This document shows, in pieces, positions 9,377 through 21,600 of a stretch of DNA of 64,000 nucleotides. This DNA comes from an uncultured candidate division Zixibacteria bacterium (GTDB taxonomy: Bacteria; Zixibacteria; MSB-5A5; GN15; FEB-12). How positions within the stretch are numbered: the stretch's first letter is position 1; every line of letters starts with the position of its first letter. Where the stretch lies: the NCBI GenBank assembly GCA_963664195.1, contig OY760907.1, positions 288,001 through 352,000 of the forward strand, read 5' to 3'. The position numbers and the translations under genes are program-made. The notes beneath the pieces were generated by a model that ran no database searches, was not told where the DNA came from, and saw nothing but the letters and a program-made list of their open reading frames with translations.

Positions 9377-12300
9377 CTAGGGAATCGTCGCACCTTGGCA
9401 ACAGATAGGCTCATACCCCACTTTAGGATCGATTACGTACTCCACTAGCATCACGATATCAGCGACGTTCACGCAGCCGTCGCCGTTGATATCACCGTTC
9501 TCCGTAATTGGAAGAATGACTACGGACCCGGTCGGATCGTAGAAGTAGTATTCTACCAACAGGTTAACGTCCGCGATATCGACTCGTCCATCGTCGTTCA
9601 CGTCACCGCACGGAAGGTTCTGAATGAAAACGCGATAGTCCTCTACTTCCCCATAATTGATGACGCCGCAGGGACCGGCGGGATAGCCCTCCGTCAAGCG
9701 GACACGAAGAGTTGTAGGTCCGATAATCGCATCCATCGGGCAGGAAATCGTCGACGTGAATGGACCACTGGCACTTGGGTTTCCGACAATGTCCAACCAC
9801 TCGTCGGGATGTTCGAATTCATAATCTGCGTCCCAATCGATAAACGCCGTTACGTTGTCCCAAAGCGAACCACTTGTGCTCTCGACCGTCAACTGGTAGC
9901 CGTTGCCTCCTCTGTACATGACGGTTGAGTGGTTTTCTGTGTAATCTGTGTAGTCGTTTCCATAAGAGCTATTATCGATAGAACCGAGTTCCACGCGAGA
10001 GATGTACTGGTGGGAGCTATTGGAACCGGATTCACAATACGGAAGACAAATTTCGCCTCTCACGGTTATGGCGTACTGACCGTTGGCATTGGAGTAGTCC
10101 CAGAGCACCGGGTGATAATACGTACCAGCCGGTATCTCCTCAAAGGTCAAAGTAATGTTGTCATCGCCGCACGCATCCCAGCTATAGTCTTCGTACCACA
10201 CAAGCGTGGACTGGTCGAGGTTGCACGGACACGCAGCCTCCATAATAACGTACACGTCACCAAATGCAGGAACAGTACCACAGTAGTTGAGCTCAATGTT
10301 CATACATGTATCAATTCTGAAAGCTTCCCATACACACCTATCGAACATGGCCGCACAATCGCTGGCAGTGGCTCCTACTGTAGTACCGGTGAAAGTAATC
10401 GGAAAGCCCTCTTCCAAAAACGGAAGCTTGCCGCCATAGTAGGTCTCGAGATCCGCGCAGTTGTCGTTGTCCGGAGGAATTCCGCAGCCTGCGCACTCCA
10501 CGTTGACAACAAATTCGCCTTGCTGGCCGCCATATCCGCCAATACGAATGAGAAACTCGGTGCCGGTCGTCACTCCAGTTGTCGTCGCTCGAGACCGCCA
10601 GCCACTGAGACCGCATTCGTCGTCAGCTACAGCAATTAGACTCATTGCGGAACAGTCAAAACCCGGAGCTAGGTAGACAGCCATCTTGGTGTCCAGATCA
10701 CTGTCACAAAGATCGAACGTCAGACAGCCGCCGCCACTCCCTTCACAAGTGGCCGTGTACTTGAACCAGACATCGGACATGACTGAATCGTCTTCGTGGG
10801 TAGCCCCCTCATTGCTGAACACACCATTGAAACCATCAAATACCTCAATGGCATCGACACACAAATCGCCAGCCGGATCCGGGCACATTGTCTCAGTAAT
10901 AGTCAAATCGAATTCCGGAAGACAATCTGGGGGCGGCCACGTGTCTATCATCACATAGTAAGTACCCGCGGTCAAGGACACACCTCCCACCGTATACGGC
11001 TGTGAACTTGAACTGCTACCAATACCGTCAATCAAGTAGACACTAACATCGGGGCATTCGGAGAAGATCGCACAACCGGTCCAAGCCTGCCCCAAAGGAT
11101 CCACATTGATGTCCACGCACACATCGGTCGTGATGACTAGTTCGTAGATGATATCCTCACCGTTATCATACCATCCCATCTCAGTGCCAGAGTAGTCATC
11201 ACCAAAACCACATGTTGTTTGCCCAATATCTTGGAAGAAACCGGTGAAGCCTATCACAATAGGATAGTCGCAGTTCGTCCCCGGCTCAGTCGATTCAACC
11301 GGATTAGAGAATACTTCAAGTTCTCCATAGCCAACGTTCGGGCTGTATCCACCACACTGAACGAGATAGGTGTTGCCGGCTACTACAGCAATCGTTTCTT
11401 CAGATGTCGATGATTTTGCGCAACCATCATCGTCATATCCGAGTTCGTTGATTGGCTCACAAGTGCAGCCATCCCAAATAGCAATCTTGGTATCGAAGGC
11501 GGACCCGCACAACGAAAACGTTGCTTCACCGTCCAAGGGAGCCGTATAGCAGTAGAACAAGTCTTTGAGGATACCGTGTGTTCCAACGCCAGAAGTTGTT
11601 GCCGACCAGTTATTAAACGTGTATGTCCCATCACCAATGGCCGTGGCATCGACACATTCGTCGTTGAGCGGTACGGGGATCGGGGGCACCGCATCGCACT
11701 CAATGCCGATATGGTAGTAGTACGGGCCTGCAGCGCACGGTGCACTGTCGAACCCCACTCCTCCTATAACAAAAAGGTAATCGCCAGGCGCAAGATTGGC
11801 AACGAGTGTGTCTTCAGCACAAGGGTTCAACTCGGCATGGTCCACTAGGTTGGGACCACCAACAGCGTCACAGTCGTTCACAGTGACATCCCATATGGTC
11901 AGATTGACCGCAAAGTCAGCGGCTCCAAAAAACGCAACCTGTGTATCGGCGTCGAATGTGTGCCAGTAGTAGTCCATATCGCGCGAGCCATTTGCCATCC
12001 AAAGAGTGCCCGACCGGATATCTCCGCAATTGATCGTACCGAAAGCGTGTGGTACTTCGTTGCATCCGCCGTTGATATCTGGTCTGTCACCACAATCGTC
12101 TCCTTCGGAGACTGCACCCTGCGGGATAGCTATGCCACATGGTTCCAGAGGAGGCACCTCGTGAATGGTCATATCATACGCACCGAAATCGCCCTCGTAA
12201 CCGTCAACAACGACATAGTAAGTTAGACCTGCGGCCATCACGACAGACGTCAAATGCGACTGATATCCTGGACCTCCGCAGCCGTCGTCGTCACACGCGA

Positions 12301-12554
12301 TAGGCATCGATTCATTCGACTTGAAGACGAAGACCTTCGTGTCGTAGCTTGAGGCGCAGAGATCAATATCCACAATCACATCTGAAAGGGGAGCAAACCT
12401 ATAGACAACATCCGGGCTCGTGCTTACTCCGTCACAAGCCACATCGTAGTCGTCAGTGAAACCACTGGTGCTACCAATCACATTGGCAGGCAAAGAGCCG
12501 ATTATGAAAGGATTATCAATAGCATCACCTGTTGCTCCTCCGAATAGCACAATG
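9377..12554 (-). pseudogene. C-terminal part of a secreted Cys/Asp-rich protein with GEVED and dockerin domains, interrupted by IS481
   Basis: Repeated LC.S..DTK...DDD.C modules, TTLRVRL..YGEVEDY (GEVED), dockerin pair GDVNDDGRVDIAD / GDINGDGCVNVAD. Joins 15074-15382 in frame once the IS is removed. Confidence 0.85.
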
Positions 12555-13123
12555 TGTATGAGGACGGACTTGAGTTGACACTTGCATAAAAGGCGAGTGG
12601 TCATTTACCTCTGAGATAACAACAAAACAGGAGGTTATAATGACCACTCAACAGAAGCTCGTCCAGAAGAAACTCAGTCTTCTGGAACTGGGGGAATATC
12701 TTCAGAACGTATCCGAAGCCTGCCGCATTCACGGCTGCTCCCGCCAGCATTTCTACGATATCAAGACAGCTTACGAGAGTCAAGGATTGGATGGTTTGAA
12801 GGAGAAGACCCGTCGGAAGCCTTGTCTGAAGAACCGGGTGGCTCCGGAGATTGAAGAAGCAGTGTTGCAGATGGCTTTGGAGCAGCCGGCCGCCGGGCAG
12901 ATGCGGGCGTCCAATGAGTTGCGGAAACAGGGTGTTTTGATCTCGTCGGGTGGGATTCGCTCGATCTGGCTTCGTCACGGTCTGGAGACATTCAAGAAGC
13001 GTCTGAAGGCTTTGGAGGAGAAAGCGGCGAAGGAAGGAATGGTCTACACCGAGGAGCAACTCAGGGTGTTGGAATCGGCTCGTCGGGAACGGGAGACGGT
13101 TCCTGATGAGATCGAGACGCATC

Positions 13124-14441
13124 GGGCATGTAAGTATTTTTGTGTAAGCGGCCATGATGTATATTGGATTGAAGGAGGATACGCATGGCCAAGAAGCTCG
13201 ACAATGCAGACAAGCTTATCGATGAAATGATCGCCGGGAAGACGCCCGAGGAGATAGTCGGCGAGGGCGGTCTTCTCGAAGCGCTTACGAAACGCGTCTA
13301 CGAACGCGCCCTCGAAGGCGAGATGACGCACCATCTGGGCTACCCCCCCAAAGCCCCCGAGGGCCGCAACAGCGGCAACTCCCGCAACGGCAAGACCACC
13401 AAGACAGTTAAGACCGGGGCCGAGGATGTGAACTTAGCGATTCCCCGGGACCGCAACGGCCAGTTCGAGCCACAGCTGGTCAAAAAGCATCAGCGTCGCC
13501 TGCCGGGTTTCGACGACAAGGTACTGGCGCTGTATGCTCGTGGGCTTTCGACCCGTGATATCCAGGGTCATCTTGAGGAGATGTACGGATCGGCCGTGTC
13601 GCCGGCGTTGATATCGGCGGTGACGGACGCAGTTTTGGAGGAGGTGACGGCGTGGCAGAACCGTCCGTTGGAGCCGGTGTATCCGATCGTGTACCTTGAT
13701 GCCATCCACCTGAAGATGCGTCACAGCGGGCAGATCAAGAACCAGGCAGTGTATCTGGCTCTGGGGATCAACCGTGAGGGCGGCAAGGAGTTACTGGGGT
13801 TGTGGGTCGGCGAGCACGAGGGGGCCAAGTTCTGGTTGAACGTGCTGACCCAGTTGAAGAACCGTGGGGTGCAGGACATCCTGATTGCCTGTGTGGACGG
13901 TCTGAGCGGTTTCCCCGACGCGATCGAGGCGGCCTATCCGAAGGCGCAGGTGCAGTTGTGCATCGTGCACATGGTGCGCAACTCGCTGAAGTATGTCTCC
14001 TGGAAACAGCGCAAGGCGGTGGCCGCCGATCTCAAGAGTGTTTATTCGGCGCCCAACGTGGAGGCCGCCGAGGAGGCCCTGGCCGCGCTTGAGGCCCGGT
14101 ATGAGGACAGCTTCCCGCAAATCGCGCGCTCGTGGCGATCCTGCTGGGTGAACATCATTCCGTTTTTTGACTATCCGCCGGCGATTCGGAAAGTTATCTA
14201 TACGACTAATGCGATTGAATCGATGAACGCTCAGCTGCGGAAAGTTACGAGAAATCGCGGCTCGTTTCCGACCGCCGACTCGGTGAGGAAGGTGCTGTAT
14301 TTGGCGATACAGAGAATCTCGATGAAGTGGAAACGACCGATCAAAGACTGGGTGGCGGCACTCAACCACTTCAGCATCATGTTTGAGGGAAGAATCTGAC
14401 AACCGTGAAAAGGCTGCTTACACAAAATTCTGTACAGACCC
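13124..14441 (+). mobile_element. IS256-family insertion sequence
   Basis: Inverted repeats GGGCATGTAAGTATTTTTGTGTAAGC / GCTTACACAAAATTCTGTACAGACCC. 9-bp target duplication AGACGCATC at 13115-13123 and 14442-14450. Confidence 0.95.
13185..14399 (+). CDS. IS256 (mutator-type) transposase, intact
   Basis: RNG..PRDR, YLDA, DGL.GF, QLCIVH..RNS, YTTNAIES motifs; GGAGG SD. Confidence 0.95.
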   Translation: MAKKLDNADKLIDEMIAGKTPEEIVGEGGLLEALTKRVYERALEGEMTHHLGYPPKAPEGRNSGNSRNGKTTKTVKTGAEDVNLAIPRDRNGQFEPQLVKKHQRRLPGFDDKVLALYARGLSTRDIQGHLEEMYGSAVSPALISAVTDAVLEEVTAWQNRPLEPVYPIVYLDAIHLKMRHSGQIKNQAVYLALGINREGGKELLGLWVGEHEGAKFWLNVLTQLKNRGVQDILIACVDGLSGFPDAIEAAYPKAQVQLCIVHMVRNSLKYVSWKQRKAVAADLKSVYSAPNVEAAEEALAALEARYEDSFPQIARSWRSCWVNIIPFFDYPPAIRKVIYTTNAIESMNAQLRKVTRNRGSFPTADSVRKVLYLAIQRISMKWKRPIKDWVAALNHFSIMFEGRI

Positions 14442-15073
14442 AGACGCATCATCCGGGCTATCTGGTGGCCCAGGACACGTTCTATGTGGGGTATCTCAAA
14501 GGGGTTGGCCGCATCTACCAGCAGACGGTGATTGACACGTATTCGGCTGTTGCTTTCGCCAAGCTGTACACGGCCAAGGTCCCGCTGACGGCCGCTGATA
14601 CGCTCAATGATCGCGTGGTGCCGTTCTTCGAAGAGCAGGGCGTGGATATCCTGCGCATCCTGACAGATCGCGGCACCGAGTACTGCGGCCGTCTTGACAA
14701 ACATCCTTATCAACTCTATCTTCAGCTTCACGAGATCGAGCACACTCGGACGAAGGCGCGACATCCACAGACCAACGGCATCTGCGAGCGGTTCCACAAG
14801 ACGGTTCTTAATGAGTTTTACAAGACGATCTTTCGCAAACGGATATTCACTGCTGTGGCGGAATTGCAGGTTGAGTTGGATGACTGGATGGATCGATACA
14901 ACCGGGATCGCACGCACCAGGGGAAACGGTGTCAAGGTCGCACGCCGATGGCGACCTTCGTTGACGGTCTGGAGTTGGCCAGAAAGGCAAATCTGACGGT
15001 AGAAGAAAAACCGGCAGCTTAACAGAAACCTCTCAGAGGTGGATGACTGTCAAATCAAGTATCGTTCAGTACA

Positions 15074-15382
15074 CACAATGTTACCGGGACCGCTAGATGG
15101 TTCCTTCTCGTATCTTGGGCTGGAATTGATCCACAACTGCTCTTCTTTGTTCAACACAATGCGCTGAATCTCCGCAAATGGGCTGCTCTCCCCCGGTGAT
15201 ATCGCCGGCTTCTCTGCCGGCAGGAGACACGGCGCAGTAGCAGTAAGGCTGCCGTCACCTCCAAGGGCTTCCCGCAGCTTGCCTTGTTCAGCCGCAGCCT
15301 TGGCGGTCAAGGCCAAGCAACAGAAGACGAGAGCACATATCTGAAGAACTGGCAATCGCAAGCTCATTCTATGACAGGTCAT
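15074..15382 (-). pseudogene. N-terminal signal-peptide part of the IS-interrupted dockerin/GEVED protein
   Basis: GAGGAG SD; signal ...LQICALVFCCLALTAKA|AAEQ; reads GPGNIV into the target duplication. Confidence 0.8.
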
Positions 15383-15616
15383 TGTTTCTCCTCGCTGTAA
15401 TCATTACCACAGTGACATCCAACTTCAGGGCCCAAACACCGGATATAAGCAGACGTCAAACCGTCCACTACATGCGAGAACTCTCCGATCTTTGTGAACC
15501 GCCAATGGCAGGTACAGCCTGATATGACAAGCAAACCCGAGCAACTGCCCCCGAGCACATCAGTGACGCCGACACTCGATAGAGCGGGTGATTCGAACGC
15601 CCTGTTATGCTTATGA

Positions 15617-15645
15617 TATATAGTACAATTAGTCCAATCTGTCAA
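15617..15645 (-). promoter_or_regulatory. Sigma70-like promoter
   Basis: TTGACA-17 nt-TATATA on the minus strand, upstream of 15382. Confidence 0.55.
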
Positions 15646-15697
15646 CGGTACGACGTTAGTGTCGGCTGATCCGACATCTCAGTGACGGCCGGTTGAT

Positions 15698-18600
15698 TCA
15701 GTGCCTACTCTGAGGTCTTTCGCGCTCTTGTTTGCCTCCCGATTGTGTAGTCGCCTTTGGCGCCTCACACCCCGGCGTCGTCAACGGATTCAACGAGATA
15801 AACAAGTGGTCGATAAGAATTGTCAAGTCTCCCATTGTGACGGTGCAGTCGCCATCGAGGTCGCCTGTAATCATCGGATCAAGGGGCGTCAGGCTAATGA
15901 ATAGGTGATCGATCATCAACGTAAGATCGCCCATCGATGACATGTGGTCATAGTCCATGTCGCCGAGGGTCCAAGTCCACCACCCAGCCACGGACGACAC
16001 TGACTCCAACGACGTTTGATCGTGAGCCGTCACCCGCCACCAGTACTGCTCATGGAACTCGAGCGAATCATCCGGTGTGTATCGGTTCTCTGCCAGCGAG
16101 TCAACTGTCATCACAAACGAGAAGTTCGAGTCTATCGCCAGCTCGACCTTGTACAGAACCGTGTCGCCTGGATCGGGATCAGGGCACCAACTCCAAAAGA
16201 ACTCGGGGCGCATGTCGTACAGGATGCCATTTGACTGATCGACGGGCGAAATCAGAACAGGTGTGGCAGGAGCCTCGGGAGTTCCGCTGATATTGAAGCA
16301 CTCGTAATCGGACCACTCACCGTACTCGTATCCGTCGAACGCTCTTGCCCTCCAGCAATAGAAGCAGTTCTCAGCTGTCGTGAGGTCAACGAGCAATCCC
16401 GTAGAATCCGGTGTCTCTGGATAGTCTTGTACATCAATCGGAGGACCGAACACGCAGTCGGTGTCATGATAGGCTATGAAGTCGTATGTGAGCGTGTCCA
16501 ACTCAGCGTCAAGTGCGTTCTGAAGCCAAAGCGTCACCATGCCATCCGTCACTGCCCAACCTGCCGGAGACGAGGGCGTCGGAACGCTCGGGACCGAGTT
16601 CATACGGAATGAAATCTCATACCACTCAGACCATGCCGCGTCGTTGCTCACTCGAAGCCGCGCCCAGTAGGTCACGCCGTCCACAAGATCACTCCCACCG
16701 TAGACGACAAACGTATCCGAGCTCACGAACGGAGCCGGGTTCCACATCTCAGCGTAGGTCCAATCGTCATCAGTGCCGACAGCAATCTCGAACTCAGCCT
16801 GGGGCAAACCAAGCGAATCAGTCCAACTCCAGAAGATCAGCGGATCGTCGGACAGCACGTGTTGATTGTCCCCAACCGTGTCGACAGTGATTACCTCGAC
16901 TACTGGCGCACTGCATCCAACATCAAACGCTCCTATCAGAACGCCGCACGAATTGTTGTCCGCAGCACAAGGTGACGTGTTGTACAGAGAGTAGCCACCT
17001 GCAGCCCTGTCGCAGAAAAGTGGATCGAGTGAGATGTTTCCATTTGCACCCGCGTAGTCGGCGATTTGTCCAACGTAATCGCCAGCTTCATTGCCAAAGA
17101 CATCGCAACACGCAAGGGAAAGCCCGGTCGGTGAGTCTTCGGGGTCGCCAAACTCTACGGGATCTCCGCCCCTATTGAAGGCAATTAGACAGTTCTCCAG
17201 TGATAGAGTGCTCGGCTCATTGAACCAATGATGAATCACAGAGTTTGTGTTAGATTGATTGCGAACGAAAGTGCAGTTGGTGAACGAAAGATCAGCTGGA
17301 TCGCTCCAGATATCAAGGGCTGAACCTGAGTTCGCCCAGAAATGACACCCGTCGAAAGTCACTCCGAGTTCCTCGCCCTCCTGTACGAAAGCCGCCCCCA
17401 AAGCATTGCCACGGAAGACGCAGGAAGAGAGAGAGCACTCACCATCCTGATAATGGGCTCTCAGACCTGCTCCCGAGTTGCCTTCGAAAGCACAGCCAAG
17501 AAAGTGAACAGGACCTATTCCCCCAGAGAGCTCCACGCCCTCACTGGAATTGCTGGAAAACGAGCAACTCGTAAACAGTACGGAATCACAGTAATCCAGT
17601 TCGACCCCGGACTGCTCGTTGTTTTCGAATCGACACTCGTGGGCAATAATGTCAGTCGCGCCGAGTCCGAAAAGACCAATTCCATTGTTGGCTATAAATC
17701 CCGTACCGGTAATAGTAGTCTCTCCGTCATAGCCAGAGAACAACACCCAACCTGTGTTTTCTTCGAATTCGCAACTATCCACAGTCGAATATGCAGATTC
17801 AAGGTACACCGCCGCTCCGTGCCCGGCTTCGTTATCTTGAAACACACAGTTCGAAATAGCCATAGTACACGTGACACACAACAGACCACCGCCTGCTCCA
17901 CTATTAGACTCGATTCCTTCAGCTTCTGAGCCCCAACCGTTGACAATAGTCAAACCCCGCAGGGACACGGTATTGGTTGAGTCACCTCGGATGTCAAACC
18001 CTCGATGCGGATTCAGACTGTCACCCTGACAATCGATAATCGTGCTTTCGGGACCGCTCTCACTCACTACGGCCAGGCTCATGTCGTACACCACGATATC
18101 CCGATTGCCTACGCCAATGTACGTGCCGTCTTGGATGAGCACAGTGTCGCCGTCAATAGCCATGTCCACAGCATATTGGATGGTTGCGAAAGGAGCGACG
18201 TCGCTTCCGTCTCCCTCGAGATCGTCCCCAGCCACCGCGACATGCCACACAGGGCCACAATAGGATGTGCAAGCGGTGTCCAAAGCGCCGATTAGCACTC
18301 CGCATTCATTCCGATCCGGAGCGCAAGGAGAGCATGAACTAATGTGATAGTCACCCGCGGCCGTGTCGCAGAAAAGCGGGTCGAGAGAAATGTTGCCGTT
18401 TGTGCCGACCTGATCTGGCATAAGGTTGTAGTTGCCACCTACGTTGTCAAAAACATCGCAACACGACACTAGGATATCGGAACTGAGCGTATCGCACAGA
18501 ACTCCATATCCAGCATTGTAGGCAATGAGCGATCTGGTGATAGTCATTTGAAGCTCGTAGAAATCAGCAATGCTTATCCCGTGGCCAGCATTCCCTACGA

Positions 18601-21600
18601 TGGTTGCATCTTCGATGTCAAGTGACTCGTGACATCCCCCGTCGAAGGAAAAAGCGTTGCCCTGATTATCGGCAATCACCGTTCTCCTGATCACGACCTC
18701 GCCGTCACAGCAGGAAACACTCAATGCATCAGCACCGTTTCCAAGGATGGCACAGTCTTGAATCAGGACTGTTTGAAAGGCATTGTAGCCGATATTGACA
18801 CCGGACGTGTTGTTCTCATACCGAGTGTTCGTCATGGCCACATGGCACTCACCAGTAGTGATTCCGCCGTTGTCATGGATCCAGCAATCGCTCAATACAA
18901 GGCGGTCAGGCTCATAAACATCACCTCCAACGATGTAGGCAACAGTGTCACAACCAGTGATCTCACAGTCACTGAGGTCGAATCCCCAGACCGCTCTGGG
19001 AGGGTCCAACGTCTTCTTACCGCCCGTTCCTTCAAGTGCCATGTCCAAATTCTCAAACGTGCACCCCACTGCGCTCGCTGCTTCCCTCGTGCTCTTCACG
19101 ACCCCCCTAGCACCGTCACTTATGAGCGAGTTGGAAAGATCGCAGTTTCCATGAGCTGCTGTCCCATTGCCGGAGAAGTCACTGCTATCGACTGCTACAG
19201 AGCCACCGGAGGAAATAGCGAAAGTACCACAGGTGTTGTCGTTGAATGAACAAAACTTACATGCCACGACTCCGTCCAGTAGTTCAATACCTTTGGCATT
19301 GTTCAGCAGCGTACATGAATCTAGAGTCATGTAGCCGCCATCGTCCATCATGACACCAACGTCATTACCCTCGAAACTACACTGCACACAAGCGATTGTC
19401 CCACCGTATGCGTCGACTCCGATATTGTTGAAGCTGAACACCACTCCGCGAACAAATGGATTTCCGTTGCAGATTATGCCCTCATCGTTGTCTTCCAGCA
19501 CGAGATCGATAAGCAATGGGGAACTGAACAAGTAGACGCCCACCGGGGCGTTCCTGATCGTGAAGCCCTGAATAACCGTCAGTGTATCCTGCTCTTCCTC
19601 TATTACGTACCCCCTGGCAGACTGGTCTTCAACGTCAAGGATTGTGGCAGAGGAGCCGTTTTCCGAAAGGATGACAAGTCTCCGCGTTCCCAAGAGTATC
19701 TCTTGGTTGCCTTCGCCCGTGTATGTTCCATCATGCACGAGTACGGTATCACCATTGATTGAGGCATCGACAGCGTGTTGAATAGTGGCAAACGGAGCCG
19801 CCTCACTGCCATCGCCCGTCGAATCGCTTCCAGTTTCGGTAACATGCCACACAACTGAAATCGAATCACAGGCAACGCCGACAGCTCCTATCCTATAACC
19901 GCATTCGCTGTTTCCGGGAGCACATTGAGAGTTAGCAGCCAATCCGTAGTCGCCAACTGCCGTATCACAGAAACGGGGTGCTGCACGCAGATTGTCTCTG
20001 AGACTCAACTGGTCCTGAATACATCCTATCCAATCTCCCTCCTCGTTCCCGAACACATTGGAACAAGTAAGGGCGGGACTGCTTGCCGGATCGCTGACAT
20101 TGCACTCGATCGGTTCACCCACGAGATTGAACGCAATAATGGACTCCTGAATTGTCGGAGAGGAAGTATTGATGCAAGCAATCGCGCTCCCCATCGCAGA
20201 GCTGTTCCCAGCCATTGTGCATTGAAACAGCTCAGGAGAGGAACCGACGCAACTCATTGCCCCCCCGTAGGTCACTGCAGAGTTGTTACGGAAGACGCAC
20301 GATAACCAAAGTGATGAGGTATCGGACTCATACGTTGTCTGAACGGCACCGCCAACCTCGGCGGTGTTTTCCGCGAATTCCGCATGCCGGAACTGTGACT
20401 GACAGTTCTGATACATACTGACAGCCCCTCCTGCCTCTGCGGAGTTGTTCCAGAAAGCGCAACTATCAAGAGTCGGATGTGAGGAAAGGCAGACGAATAA
20501 TCCTCCGCCGTCATGATCAGTTGTATTGCTGTCAAAGACACATGACGAGAAACGCGGCGATGCCGTGAGGCAGTGTACACCACCACCACCACTGTAAGAG
20601 GCATTGTGCCCCGTACTATTGTCGACGAAGCGGCAGTCTCTGAACCATGGCGATGCGTTCACAATGTGGACCCCTCCACCACGAGAATCCGAATATCCTC
20701 CTCTGATGGTCAATCCGATAATGACAGTATTGGAATCCTCGTTTGAGTGGATGTAGAAGCCTCGGTGGTTCTCGACGGAGTCTCCGTCACAGTTGATAAC
20801 AGTGGAGTCAGTTCCACGCTCGGATAAGATTACCAGCGCCTTACCGGAGGGATCTAAGTCACGATTGCCGGGACCTGAGTATGTACCAGACATCACCAAG
20901 ATTGTATCGCCGTCAATAGAGACATCTATGGCGTGTTGAATCGTACCAAAAGGTGCGGCCTGACTGCCGTCCCCCGTGGTATCATTGCCTTCGGTGGCGA
21001 CGCGCCAGATCGGCCCGTAGTATCTAGCCGGGAGAGCCCCCATGTCGTTTCTGGAGCCGTCCGGATCGTTATAGATAGGATCCGGGTCGCCAGTATCGAT
21101 GCACGGAGACTCTCGAAGGAGTCTGACGTCATCTCCTGTCTGGTCAACGAACATCGGGTCCACCGAAATGTCACCAAGCCCAGGGGAAATCCCGTTGAGA
21201 TAGTCCGTGCCATTGTCCCAGATGTTGTTGTAGGCGTACGTTATGGTGCTGTTGTCAGCCTGGTAGAACCCATAATAGCCACAACCAGTCACTATATTGT
21301 TAGCTACTAAGGAGCTATCTCCGTAAACTGACAGTCCGGCATCTGTGTTGCCAGTCACCGTGTTGTTGACTACCTGTGCTGTTGATGAAGTGTCAACGTA
21401 GATCACGCCCCAGAGACTGTTGTTAGAGAAGACATTTCTGCGGATTGTGGCCGACCCCGTACTTACCACACAAACGGCGAATTGCGCCCCGTTAGGACCA
21501 TCTAGATAATGAAAGAAACATGAGTCGACAGAGACCTCTGCATTAGAGACCCCAATCGCAGAGGCGGAGCCTCGCATCGACCCCGTGAATGTAAGACCCT

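Larger units (their letters stand above)
12640..15022 (+). pseudogene. IS481 transposase split by IS256 (12640-13123 plus 14451-15022; 351 aa when rejoined)
   Basis: HTH NVSEACRIHGCSRQHFY; DDE core QDTFYVG, TDRGTEY, PQTNGICERF. The junction rejoins in frame as EIETH-HPGYL. Confidence 0.9.
12555..15073 (+). mobile_element. IS481-family insertion sequence carrying a nested IS256
   Basis: Ends TGTATGAGGACGGACTTGAGTTGACA / TGTCAAATCAAGTATCGTTCAGTACA. 7-bp target duplication CACAATG at 12548-12554 and 15074-15080. Subterminal TCTCAGAGGT..ATGAC inverted pair. Confidence 0.9.

Noticed and set aside
8544..9401. 285-aa minus-strand ORF
   Set aside because: Lies antisense over the recombinase and RHH genes; no recognisable features.
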